This document shows, piece by piece, positions 1 to 9,214 of a stretch of DNA of 34,543 nucleotides; position 1 is the stretch's first letter; each line of letters opens with the position of its first letter. Origin of the DNA: a virus. Lineage: Duplodnaviria; Caudoviricetes. A program made the translations under genes and the position numbers. The stretch spans positions 1 through 34,543 of the IMG/VR virus record IMGVR_UViG_3300029448_000176; one strand, given 5' to 3'. The notes under the pieces are model-generated. The model was given only the letters and a program-made list of their open reading frames with translations. It was not told the origin of the DNA and did no database searches.

Positions 1-90
1 TACCCTAAAGCTATTATTTATTCACACAATGAGTTTGCTAATAAAGCATGCCCATCATTTGACGCAACTAAAGAGTATGAAAATATCTGA
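1..90 (+). CDS. N-acetylmuramoyl-L-alanine amidase endolysin (Amidase_2/T7-lysozyme type), C-terminal fragment truncated by window edge
   Basis: Not in the ORF track. Frame 1 reads YPKAIIYSHNEFANKACPSFDATKEYENI*, stop TGA at 88-90. H-x(6)-KACPSFD-like spacing matches the zinc-ligand His/Cys end of T7-lysozyme-like amidases. Confidence 0.85.
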   Translation, partial: YPKAIIYSHNEFANKACPSFDATKEYENI

Positions 91-484
91 AAACACAGAG
101 TTTAAAATTGATATAAAAACTGTAATTGGAATAATAATGTTTACTACTACAATAGTAGGAATGTATTATACTTTACAAGAGGACATAGCAGAAGCTAAAA
201 CTTTACCACCTGTACAAGTCACTCGTTTAGAGTATGAATTAAAAGAAGAGTGGAATGAAAAGATGATCATGCAGTTAAAAGATCAAGTAGAAATGCTTGA
301 ACAAACTCAAGATATACTAAAAGAAGAAGTTAGTATAACTGCTAGCATGATTAAAGATGGCACAGAAGCTGATGGTAAATTAGAAGAGCTTAATAGACAG
401 TTAGAAGAATTACAAAATAAAAAACCTAAAACTAGAGTCATAGTTAAAGAGGTTAAGGTTGATAAAAAAGGTAGAAAATTATAA
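77..484 (+). CDS. Single-TM coiled-coil protein, possible lysis accessory (i-spanin-like)
   Basis: Likely start ATG 77 (MKISENT), overlapping the amidase end. N-terminal hydrophobic helix TVIGIIMFTTTIVGMYY is followed by a long heptad-rich region. Function inferred from position only. Confidence 0.55.
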   Translation: MKISENTEFKIDIKTVIGIIMFTTTIVGMYYTLQEDIAEAKTLPPVQVTRLEYELKEEWNEKMIMQLKDQVEMLEQTQDILKEEVSITASMIKDGTEADGKLEELNRQLEELQNKKPKTRVIVKEVKVDKKGRKL

Positions 485-485
485 T

Positions 486-827
486 ATGACAAGCGGTTTA
501 TCTTGTTGGAAAGGTTATGAAAGAGTTCCTGGCACTAGTGCTGGACAGAAAGGCAGTTGTAGGAAGTCAAGTGGACCTTCTCTACGTAAAACTACAAAAG
601 GTAAAGGTAGAAACTTTTTGTCTGTTAAAGAAGGTGCTGGTATGACCGCGGCAGGTAGAGCTAAATATAAAAAACAAAATCCAGGCAGCACGCTTTCTGC
701 TCCTGTGACAAAGAAAAATGTAAAACCTGGAAGTAAAGATGCTGCTAGAAGAAAATCTTTTTGCGCTAGATCAAAAAGTTGGACTGGCGAAAGAGGAAAA
801 GCAGCTCGAAAACGTTGGAGATGTTGA
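486..827 (+). CDS. Small basic Cys-containing phage protein (CWKGY module plus DUF6321-like module)
   Basis: Likely start ATG 486, just after the upstream stop. Motifs CWKGYERVPG..GSC, GMTAAGRAKY..NPGSTL.APV, RRKSFCARS and ARKRWRC resemble a widespread phage family recalled as DUF6321. Confidence 0.65.
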   Translation: MTSGLSCWKGYERVPGTSAGQKGSCRKSSGPSLRKTTKGKGRNFLSVKEGAGMTAAGRAKYKKQNPGSTLSAPVTKKNVKPGSKDAARRKSFCARSKSWTGERGKAARKRWRC

Positions 828-828
828 T

Positions 829-2259
829 ATGTCAAAGTTTAAATTAAAAGCGCCTTACGGCATAGACCCTGTTGCAAGATATGAAGTTCCGTTTACACCT
901 GATAATGTTGGCGATGATAATGGTTTAGTTGCTAAAGCTAATGACAATGGCACTATGATCGTTAATAAAAATATTCCTTTAAATTCAAAACTTAGAAAAG
1001 AAGCAGAGTCTCACGAAGACCACCATTTAAAAGACATGATGGATGGTAAACTAGCTTATGATGACAACGCTGTTTATCACAACTTAGATGGTAAGGGTGT
1101 TAAAAGAGTTGACAGAAAAAACTTTAGTGAAAGTGATAAGTCTTTACCTTGGGAAAAAAATGCTTATAAAGCTGGTGACAACTTAGAAGAAAAAGATATG
1201 AGACCTAATCCGAACAAGTTAAATGGGCCACCTAATATGAAAGATGATACACCACTTGCTTTTCAAAAAATAGGATCAAGACATAAATTTGGTAGACAAG
1301 GCGATAAAAGTAAAGTTTCAATGAACGAAAACTTTGGTCCTTCTATGATTAAAAAATTTACACCTCTTGCTTTAGGCAAAGGAGAACCAGATGCCTCTGG
1401 ATCACCTTATGCTGGAGACACGGTTTATTTTTCTCCTGAAGAAGGAAAACTAGTTCATAGACGTGATGCTGATGGGCAAGGTACTTTCAACATTAAAAGA
1501 GATGATAAAGGCAGGATAAATTGGCAAGGATATACTAAAGGTGCAAGTGGAAGTATTGACTCTATACAAAATGCTTCAAGTTTTAAAAACAAACCTTCTG
1601 GTATGAGCGATGAGCAATATAACGCAAAATTTAGAAATCAGCTTAACAAGGTTGAAAAAGAGTATCAAGATAAAATGAGAAGCTATAATTACTATGATGA
1701 TGTTTTTACTAAAGGTGGTGATTTACCAACAATTAAATATGGTGGTGGTAATATAACATTAAAACCAGGTCAAGACTTTAAATCTTTAGTCAAGGAATAT
1801 GGATCAACAGCGGGAGCTATGGATCACATGGAGTTTGTTTATGATAAACCTTCTACCACTGGTAAAGGATCAATTGGTTCTGGTACTGTCACGCTTGCAG
1901 GATTACTTGAAGACCAAAAAGCAGCAGCTGCTAAAGCAGGTATGAAAGGTTCTAGTGGAGCATACAGTGATCTTAGAAAAGCTATTACGGGTGAAAACAC
2001 TAAACAAAAGAAGCGTAACTATGAATTAACTTCGAAAGAATTAGCTAAAGCTCAAGAGGCATTTCCAGATATATTTACAGGAACTAATACTCAAACTTTA
2101 AAAAGAAAAGCTGCAACAGACAAATTATCTAAAGAATACTTTGGCCAAGGTGGAGTAGGAGGCATATTAAATGATGTTGGTGGAGCACAAAGATATAGAT
2201 TAGAAAAAGAGTATCAAAATAAATTAGCGGAATTACAAAAACAAAAATTTGATATTTAA
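829..2259 (+). CDS. Zincin-motif (HExxH) putative metallopeptidase domain fused to a long variable C-terminal region
   Basis: Likely start ATG 829 (MSKFKLK). HEDHH at 1012-1026 follows a AKANDNGTMIVN strand region; downstream LPWEKNAY supplies a candidate third ligand Glu (1153). Confidence 0.6.
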   Translation: MSKFKLKAPYGIDPVARYEVPFTPDNVGDDNGLVAKANDNGTMIVNKNIPLNSKLRKEAESHEDHHLKDMMDGKLAYDDNAVYHNLDGKGVKRVDRKNFSESDKSLPWEKNAYKAGDNLEEKDMRPNPNKLNGPPNMKDDTPLAFQKIGSRHKFGRQGDKSKVSMNENFGPSMIKKFTPLALGKGEPDASGSPYAGDTVYFSPEEGKLVHRRDADGQGTFNIKRDDKGRINWQGYTKGASGSIDSIQNASSFKNKPSGMSDEQYNAKFRNQLNKVEKEYQDKMRSYNYYDDVFTKGGDLPTIKYGGGNITLKPGQDFKSLVKEYGSTAGAMDHMEFVYDKPSTTGKGSIGSGTVTLAGLLEDQKAAAAKAGMKGSSGAYSDLRKAITGENTKQKKRNYELTSKELAKAQEAFPDIFTGTNTQTLKRKAATDKLSKEYFGQGGVGGILNDVGGAQRYRLEKEYQNKLAELQKQKFDI

Positions 2260-2709
2260 ATGGAAAAGAAAACGTTTAGAGAAACTAAAGTAGGAGCATT
2301 TTTAGCTAGCAAAGCTCCTAAAGTATTAACTGCAATTGGAGATATATTGCCTAATCAAGGAACTCTTGGTGTGGTAAAAAATCTTATAACAGGTGATAAT
2401 AAGATTAGCTCTGCTGATAAAGAGCAGGCTATGAAGCTAATAGAGCAAGACATGCAAGAATTAAAAGAAGTATCTAGCAGGTGGAGAGCTGATATGAAAT
2501 CAGACTCATGGCTTAGTAAAAACACTAGACCTTTAGCTTTAGTATTTTTAACTGCATCAGCTGTATTAATGATGGCTGTAGATTCATTTCATTTACAATT
2601 TGATGTAGATGAGTCGTGGATAAACTTATTAAAAACATTGCTGGTAACAGTTTATGTAGCATACTTCGGAAGTCGTGGTGCTGAAAAAATAACAAAAATA
2701 AATAAATAA
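2260..2709 (+). CDS. Holin-like membrane protein (GTA 3TM-holin-like)
   Basis: RWRADMKSDSWLSKNTRPL, then two hydrophobic helices and YFGSRGAEK, the pattern of the 3TM holin-like family. Confidence 0.75.
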   Translation: MEKKTFRETKVGAFLASKAPKVLTAIGDILPNQGTLGVVKNLITGDNKISSADKEQAMKLIEQDMQELKEVSSRWRADMKSDSWLSKNTRPLALVFLTASAVLMMAVDSFHLQFDVDESWINLLKTLLVTVYVAYFGSRGAEKITKINK

Positions 2710-2711
2710 AC

Positions 2712-3272
2712 ATGAGAGGTTTAGAAGGAAATATGATGGCTCAACCAAGAGTGTTTGGCCACGATGCTGCAACAGTTATAGCTGGTGCGATAAATATAAG
2801 AATACCAGCAATAGAAGCTGTTAGTATAAGTGTTGTTGGATCTGGTTATGATCAATCAGATGTAGGCGATACGCTTGCCCAGTCAGGTGCAACTACCCCT
2901 AGTGGTGGAACAGGTATGGAAGTTAACATAACTGAAGTGTCAGCAGCTGGAACATTACAAGCTGTAGAAATTATAACAGCAGGTAGTGGCTATGACGTAG
3001 GTAATGTAATTACACTTGCCGCAGCAACTAGTGGTGGAACAGGTGCTAAACTTACTGTTTTAGCAGATGGTTTAACTTTACCAGGTTTAGCTACTAGTGA
3101 TAGAGGAGCTGTAATATATAATGGTAATGCAGAACAAAGTGTTGAAATAATAACAGAAGCAGGTTCAAATGTAGTATTCCCAAAAGTACAACCAGGAACA
3201 GTTGTAGGAGATAAAGCACCTATGTTAGCAAAAGGTGTTATATCAGGTTCCAATTTAGTAGCAATATACTAA
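2712..3272 (+). CDS. Gly/Ala/Thr-rich beta-repeat protein, probable minor structural protein
   Basis: Two internal GSGYD..G....L..SGGTG repeats about 43 aa apart; composition typical of virion proteins. Confidence 0.55.
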   Translation: MRGLEGNMMAQPRVFGHDAATVIAGAINIRIPAIEAVSISVVGSGYDQSDVGDTLAQSGATTPSGGTGMEVNITEVSAAGTLQAVEIITAGSGYDVGNVITLAAATSGGTGAKLTVLADGLTLPGLATSDRGAVIYNGNAEQSVEIITEAGSNVVFPKVQPGTVVGDKAPMLAKGVISGSNLVAIY

Positions 3273-3301
3273 AACAAAAACAAACAATTAAATTAAATTA
3301 A

Positions 3302-3574
3302 ATGTCAAATATAAAAAACAGAATGCGTGGTAAAGTTACCAAAGCAGAATTAGAGAAAATTCAAGAACAACAAAATAAAGTAAACTCTATATTAATGGAG
3401 TTAGGTTATCTTGATTCTAAAAAGCACGCTTTATTACATGAGTTAGCTGATGCTAACGTTGTAGTAGACGGCACTAAAAAAGAACTACAAGATAAGTATG
3501 GTCATATAAATATTGATCTTGCCACTGGAGACTGGAAAAGAAGCGAAGAAGATGTCAGTGATAAGAAAGATTAG
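3302..3574 (+). CDS. Small coiled-coil hypothetical protein
   Basis: AT-rich leader; helical heptads ending in KYGHINIDLATGDW. Confidence 0.7.
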   Translation: MSNIKNRMRGKVTKAELEKIQEQQNKVNSILMELGYLDSKKHALLHELADANVVVDGTKKELQDKYGHINIDLATGDWKRSEEDVSDKKD

Positions 3575-3776
3575 TATAGGTTCTGATTATAAAAATGATG
3601 CAATGCATTATTCTTTAGATCAAGAAGTTTATGGTGGGCATACAATATCTAATATTTTGTTTGACGATAAAGATAATTCATATAATATATATATAACTAA
3701 ACTCAATGAAGTTCTTCCTTGGAAAAAGTTTAATAATAATATGGCTATATCTGTTGAATACGATCTTAAGTATTAA
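3552..3776 (+). CDS. Hypothetical protein (small beta-rich domain)
   Basis: Likely start ATG 3552 (MSVIRKISIG). Its stop overlaps the next start (TAATG at 3774-3778). Confidence 0.7.
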   Translation: MSVIRKISIGSDYKNDAMHYSLDQEVYGGHTISNILFDDKDNSYNIYITKLNEVLPWKKFNNNMAISVEYDLKY

Positions 3777-4369
3777 TGAAAAGCTTGTATAGCTTCATTG
3801 TCAAACCTCTTAAATCAAGATATGACAATGTAAGAAAAATAGGTGATAAAACACTTATTATTAATACTACAATAGAAAATCATTTATTTGTAAGCAAACA
3901 AGCGGTTGTTGTTTCTACACCAGCCGCTTATAGTTCACCTATTAAAGTTGGCGATAAACTATATGTGCATCATAATCTTTTTAGAAGATGGTATGATCAA
4001 AAAGGTAAAGAGCGTAATAGTGCAACTTATTTTAAAGATGATCTATATTTTTGTGCGCCTAATCAAATATACATGTATAATGGTAATTCTTTTAACAATT
4101 ATTGCTTTGTTTCACCAGTGCATGATACTGACCATTTAAACACCAAAAAAGAAAAACCTAACGTTGGTATAGTAAAATATAGCAACAGCACCTTAGAAGA
4201 CGTAGGAATAACACCTGGAACACTTGTAACGTTTACGCCTAACTCAGAGTTTGAGTTTATTATAGGCGATGAACGACTTTATTGTATGAAATCAAATGAT
4301 ATAGCTTTAACTCATGAAAACAAAGGAGACGAGAAAAAATATAATCCAAGCTGGGCGAAAGGCAGTTGA
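3776..4369 (+). CDS. Tandem GroES-like (Cpn10-fold) co-chaperonin
   Basis: Two repeats of the GroES pattern: FIVKP..AVVVSTP..IKVGDKLYV and CFVSP..GIVKY..GITPGTLVTF..EFIIGDERLYCMKSNDI. Confidence 0.6.
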   Translation: MKSLYSFIVKPLKSRYDNVRKIGDKTLIINTTIENHLFVSKQAVVVSTPAAYSSPIKVGDKLYVHHNLFRRWYDQKGKERNSATYFKDDLYFCAPNQIYMYNGNSFNNYCFVSPVHDTDHLNTKKEKPNVGIVKYSNSTLEDVGITPGTLVTFTPNSEFEFIIGDERLYCMKSNDIALTHENKGDEKKYNPSWAKGS

Positions 4370-4586
4370 TGAGTTAGTTAAAGTTGCTAAAGAACCTATA
4401 GTAGATACAGGTGAAGATGTTTCAGCTGATAGATTAAAAAATGCTGCAGCAACTAAAAAGCTTTGTATTATGGACGCTTTTGAAATACTACAACGTATTG
4501 AAGAAGAAGAAGCAATACTAAATGGTGAAGATAAAACTAAAGAAGTAAAGTCTTTTAGAGGTTTTGCAGAAGGGAGAAGTAAATGA
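4314..4586 (+). CDS. Probable terminase small subunit
   Basis: Small helical protein directly upstream of TerL and coupled to it by an ATGA overlap (4583-4586). Positional inference. Confidence 0.5.
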   Translation: MKTKETRKNIIQAGRKAVDELVKVAKEPIVDTGEDVSADRLKNAAATKKLCIMDAFEILQRIEEEEAILNGEDKTKEVKSFRGFAEGRSK

Positions 4587-6805
4587 TTTACGAACAAACT
4601 CTTTATAAAGAATTAAAAGATGTTGTTAATCCTAAGATATTAGCAAAACAAAATAGATTTAAAAAGTGGGAGTACGGGTATAACGTAGAGTATGATTTTG
4701 TAGTAATAAGTAAAACAGGTAAAATTGGAACAATCATTGAAATACAAGGTCTCCGCATTGCTCTACCAGCAGCAAGTGAACCGTTTAAACGAAGCGAAAA
4801 ACAAGAGGAACAACTCTGGGAAAGGTTTGAATACCCAAAAGAGCTACAACGAATTAAAACAAGATTTGACTGGGAAGAATATTCTTTAGATTTTAAAGAG
4901 AAATGGTACGATTATATTGATGATGAATTTACTAGACGAGAAAAAGGATTTTACTTTTATAACAATGGTGTTGCTACTTACATTACTGGCACTCATTACA
5001 TGTACTTGCAATGGTCAAAAATTGACGTTGGAGCACCTGAATATAGAGAATCAAACAGACTCTTTTTTATATTCTGGGAAGCTTGCAAGGCCGATCACAG
5101 ATGTTACGGAATTTGCTACCTTAAAAACAGACGATCTGGATTCAGTTTTATGGCAAGCTCGGAACTTGTCAACCAAGCTACAATATCTTCCGACGCTAGA
5201 TTCGGTATACTTTCCAAGTCTGGTGCAGATGCCAAAAAAATGTTTACAGATAAAGTTGTCCCAATATCCGTTAATTATCCGTTTTTCTTCAAACCAATTC
5301 AAGACGGTATGGATCGGCCGAAGACTGAGTTGGCATATAGGGTTCCAGCATCCAAACTTACTAGAAGAAAGTTGGAAAGCAATGAACAGCTCGCAGAACT
5401 AGAAGGACTTGATACAACTATTGATTGGAAAAATACAGGTGATAACTCTTACGATGGTGAAAAGCTAAAGCTATTAGCTCATGATGAAAGTGGTAAATGG
5501 GAAAGACCTGATAATATATTAAACAACTGGAGAGTTACAAAAACTACATTACGTCTAGGATCAAGAATCGTAGGTAAATGTATGATGGGCTCAACTTCAA
5601 ATGCTTTAGACAAAGGTGGAGACAACTTTAAAAAACTATACTACAATTCAGACGTTACAAAAAGAAATAAAAACGGACAAACAACTTCTGGGCTCTATAG
5701 CTTGTTCATACCTATGGAGTGGAACTACGAAGGATTCATGGATTCTTTCGGACTACCTATCTTTACAAACCCAAAAGATCCAGTCAAAACAATTGATGGT
5801 GGATATATTACAACAGGAGTTATCCAACACTGGAACAACGAAGTTGATGGACTAAAAACAGATCAAGACGCTTTAAACGAATACTATAGACAGTTTCCAA
5901 GAACTGAAGCGCACGCATTTAGAGATGAAACTAAAGACAGTTTATTTAATTTAACTAAAATATATCAACAAATAGATATTAATGAAGAATTAAATAATAT
6001 ATCTTCTGTAGCTCAAGGAAGTTTTCAGTGGTTAAATGGAGTTAAAGACTCTCAAGTAGAGTTTTACCCAAATAAAAATGGCAGGTTTCTTGTTTCATGG
6101 GTTCCGCCGATAAAATTACAAAATAATATAATAGTAAAAAATGGAACTAAATATCCAGGTAACGAGCATATTGGAGCTTTCGGCTGTGATTCTTACGACA
6201 TTAGCGGTACTGTTGATGGTCGCGGCTCTAAAGGAGCATTACATGGATTAACTAAGTTTTCTATGGATGACGCACCGCCTAATCATTTTTTCTTAGAATA
6301 TATAGCTAGACCACAAACAGCTGAAATATTTTTTGAAGATGTGTTAATGGCTTTAGCTTTTTATGGCATGCCAATACTAGCAGAAAATAACAAGCCAAGA
6401 TTATTATATTATTTAAAACGTAGAGGCTATAGAGGTTTTAGTATGAATAGACCTGATAAAATTTATAACAAATTATCTGTAGCTGAAAGAGAAATAGGTG
6501 GTATACCTAATTCAAGCGAAGACATTAAGCAAGCACACGCTGCTGCAATTGAATATTATATTGAAAATTATGTTGGCCAACTTGAAACAAAAGTAGGTGA
6601 TATGTATTTTCAAAAAACTTTAGATGACTGGAGTAGGTTTAATATTAACAATAGAACTAAATATGATGCTTCTATTAGTTCAGGACTAGCTATTATGGCT
6701 TGTAATAAAAATAAATATAGACCAGTTCCTACTAGAGTCAAACAAGATATTAACTTAGGAATACGTAGATATAATAATAAAGGATCCTTTTCACAAATAA
6801 TATAA
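4583..6805 (+). CDS. terL: Terminase large subunit
   Basis: Walker A-like LKNRRSGFS, Walker B LLAHDESGKW, coupling motif GST, RNase H-like nuclease GCDSYD, ILAENN and late YDASISSG; located before the portal. Confidence 0.92.
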   Translation: MIYEQTLYKELKDVVNPKILAKQNRFKKWEYGYNVEYDFVVISKTGKIGTIIEIQGLRIALPAASEPFKRSEKQEEQLWERFEYPKELQRIKTRFDWEEYSLDFKEKWYDYIDDEFTRREKGFYFYNNGVATYITGTHYMYLQWSKIDVGAPEYRESNRLFFIFWEACKADHRCYGICYLKNRRSGFSFMASSELVNQATISSDARFGILSKSGADAKKMFTDKVVPISVNYPFFFKPIQDGMDRPKTELAYRVPASKLTRRKLESNEQLAELEGLDTTIDWKNTGDNSYDGEKLKLLAHDESGKWERPDNILNNWRVTKTTLRLGSRIVGKCMMGSTSNALDKGGDNFKKLYYNSDVTKRNKNGQTTSGLYSLFIPMEWNYEGFMDSFGLPIFTNPKDPVKTIDGGYITTGVIQHWNNEVDGLKTDQDALNEYYRQFPRTEAHAFRDETKDSLFNLTKIYQQIDINEELNNISSVAQGSFQWLNGVKDSQVEFYPNKNGRFLVSWVPPIKLQNNIIVKNGTKYPGNEHIGAFGCDSYDISGTVDGRGSKGALHGLTKFSMDDAPPNHFFLEYIARPQTAEIFFEDVLMALAFYGMPILAENNKPRLLYYLKRRGYRGFSMNRPDKIYNKLSVAEREIGGIPNSSEDIKQAHAAAIEYYIENYVGQLETKVGDMYFQKTLDDWSRFNINNRTKYDASISSGLAIMACNKNKYRPVPTRVKQDINLGIRRYNNKGSFSQII

Positions 6806-6808
6806 TAA

Positions 6809-9190
6809 ATGACGAAAATTACAAACACTTATAGTTCTTTTCCAGATCAGGTAGTACCTGATGAAGTTAAGCAAAGCATGGACTATGGCCGCCAAGTTGG
6901 CATGGCTATTGAAGGTGATTGGTTTAGTGGAACTAGATCTGGAGTTGAAAACAGGTTTAATAGCAATTACAATAATTTTAGGATGCGTAGGTTGTATGCA
7001 AGAGCAGAACAACCAGTACAGAAATACAAAGATGAGTTAGCTATAAATGGTGACTTAAGCTATTTAAACCTTGATTGGAAACCTGTTCCAATTATACCTA
7101 AGTTTGTGGATATAGTCGTTAATGGTATGGACGATAAGCTTTATGATATTAGAGCTTTTGCACAAGATCCAGAGTCAAGACGTATGAGATCAAAGTACGC
7201 AGAAGACATATTAAGAGATATGCAGGCAAAAGAGTTTTTAGCACAAATACAAAGTGTGCTAAGTATGGATTTATTTAATACTAACAAACCTGAAGAATTA
7301 CCAGAAAATAAAGAAGAGCTTGATTTACATATGCAATTAAGCTATAAGCAAGCAAGTGAAATAGCTTGTGAAGAAGCTATTAATAACACTTTAGAGTTTA
7401 ATAGATATAACTTAAAGAAAAAACGTGTAATAGAAGATCTAGTAATACTAGGTATTGGAGCTATTAAAACAAACTGGAATAAAGCTGAAGGTGTTAAAAT
7501 TGATTATGTAGATCCTGCTAGATTAGTTTACTCTTATAGTGAAGATCCAAACTTTGAGGATCTTTGGTATGTAGGAGAAGTAAAAGCATTATCACTAGCA
7601 GACTGTAAAAAACAGTTTCCTGATCTAACAGGCGAAGAGCTTCAAAAGCTACAAGAGTATCAAGGTAATGGAAACTTCTTGTACAATCGTAATGGTAAAA
7701 GAGATGGTAATTACATCTATATACTTTATTTTGAATACAAAACTTTTAGTGAACAAGTGTTTAAAATAAAAAGAACTACTACAGGTTTAGAAAAAGCTTT
7801 AGAAAAGCCAGATACTTTTGCTCCAAATGAAAACGATAATTTTGATAGAGTAAGTAGATCTATTGAAGTACTTTATAGTGGCGCTAAAGTTTTAGGTTAT
7901 GATATGATGCTAAAATGGCAGATGGCTGAAAACATGACAAGACCAAAGTCTAACTTGGTTAAAGTAAATATGAATTACAATATTTGTTGTCCTAAAATGT
8001 ATGGTGGCAGAATAGAAAGCTTAGTAAGTCGTATGACTGGTTTTGCTGATATGATACAATTAACTCATTTAAAAATACAACAAGTAATATCTAAAGTAAT
8101 ACCTGATGGTGTTTATTTAGATGTTGATGGATTAGCAGAAGTAGATTTAGGCAACGGTACTACTTATAATGCTAAGGAAGCTTTAAATATGTATTTTCAA
8201 ACTGGTAGTATATTAGGTAGATCAATGACCACTGATGGTGATCCTAATCCAGGAAGAATACCAATACAAGAACTTGTTAAAAGTGATGGCGGTAACAAGA
8301 TTAATTCTTTAATATCTACTTATCAATATTACTTACAGATGATTAGAGATGTGACAGGTCTTAATGAAGCTAGAGATGGTAGTATGCCAAACTCAGACTC
8401 TTTAGTAGGTTTACAAAAACTTGCAGCTGCTAACTCTAATACAGCTACAAAACACATATTAAATGCTTATTTATACTTAACAGTTAAAACATGTGAAAAT
8501 GTAGTTTTAAGAACTTCTGATAGTATTGAGTTTGAATTAACTAAAGAAGCTTTAAAAAATAGTATATCAACTTGGAACGTTGGTCAATTAGAAGATTTGT
8601 CAACTATACACTTATATGATTTTGGTATTTATTTTGATTTAGTTCCAGATGAACAAGAAAAAGAACAGCTAGAGCAAAACATACAAGCAGCTCTTCAATC
8701 AGGTAGCATAAACCTTGAAGATGCTATAGACATTAGACAAGTTAGAAATTTAAAGCTAGCAAATCAAATGATTAAGCTAAAACGTAAGAAAGCTGCAGAA
8801 GCTGCACAAGCTGCTAACTTAGCAAATATACAAGCTCAAGGCCAAGCTAATGCTCAAGCCACTGAAGCCGCTGCTCTTGCAGAAGTTCAAAAATCAGAAG
8901 CTCAATTAGATACTAAACTTAAGTTTGAAAAAGGTAAAGCTGGATATGAAGTAGAAAGAATGAGAGTTGAGTCACAAATTAAACGTGAATTAATGGAATT
9001 AGAATTTAACTACAACATGCAGTTAGGCCAACAGAAAATTAATAGAGAAAGTGAGCGTGAGCAAGATATTGAAAACAGAAAAGATACAAGAGCTAAAATA
9101 ATAGGTACTCAACAGAGTGCTATAGCTGATCAAAAACAAAACAACTTATTACCCATAAATTTTGAAAACAATCAAGATTTAAATATTTAA
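6809..9190 (+). CDS. Portal protein
   Basis: 793 aa between TerL and scaffold/MCP. Motifs LDWKPVPIIPKFVDIVVNG and IRDVTGLNEARDG, with a long C-terminal coiled coil (barrel) as in podovirus portals. Confidence 0.85.
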   Translation: MTKITNTYSSFPDQVVPDEVKQSMDYGRQVGMAIEGDWFSGTRSGVENRFNSNYNNFRMRRLYARAEQPVQKYKDELAINGDLSYLNLDWKPVPIIPKFVDIVVNGMDDKLYDIRAFAQDPESRRMRSKYAEDILRDMQAKEFLAQIQSVLSMDLFNTNKPEELPENKEELDLHMQLSYKQASEIACEEAINNTLEFNRYNLKKKRVIEDLVILGIGAIKTNWNKAEGVKIDYVDPARLVYSYSEDPNFEDLWYVGEVKALSLADCKKQFPDLTGEELQKLQEYQGNGNFLYNRNGKRDGNYIYILYFEYKTFSEQVFKIKRTTTGLEKALEKPDTFAPNENDNFDRVSRSIEVLYSGAKVLGYDMMLKWQMAENMTRPKSNLVKVNMNYNICCPKMYGGRIESLVSRMTGFADMIQLTHLKIQQVISKVIPDGVYLDVDGLAEVDLGNGTTYNAKEALNMYFQTGSILGRSMTTDGDPNPGRIPIQELVKSDGGNKINSLISTYQYYLQMIRDVTGLNEARDGSMPNSDSLVGLQKLAAANSNTATKHILNAYLYLTVKTCENVVLRTSDSIEFELTKEALKNSISTWNVGQLEDLSTIHLYDFGIYFDLVPDEQEKEQLEQNIQAALQSGSINLEDAIDIRQVRNLKLANQMIKLKRKKAAEAAQAANLANIQAQGQANAQATEAAALAEVQKSEAQLDTKLKFEKGKAGYEVERMRVESQIKRELMELEFNYNMQLGQQKINRESEREQDIENRKDTRAKIIGTQQSAIADQKQNNLLPINFENNQDLNI

Positions 9191-9194
9191 TAAC

Positions 9195-9214
9195 TTATAT
9201 TATATTATATTATG
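9195..9214 (+). promoter_or_regulatory. TTATA-repeat leader running into the ATG of the scaffold gene
   Basis: TTATATTATATTATATTATG, identical to 12314-12333. Confidence 0.55.

Noticed and set aside
29-828. Track start codons at 29, 459 and 739 (also 3513)
   Set aside because: They create long overlaps with upstream genes. ATGs at 77, 486, 829 and 3552 fit the gene packing better.
3906-5855. Alternate-frame + strand ORFs 3906-4139, 4917-5402 and 5616-5855
   Set aside because: Nested within the GroES-like and TerL genes, with no motifs or leaders.
5040-5900. Apparently higher GC and different codon use in the TerL ATPase region, suggesting recombination
   Set aside because: Visual impression only; it needs a sliding-window composition or phylogenetic test that could not be run.
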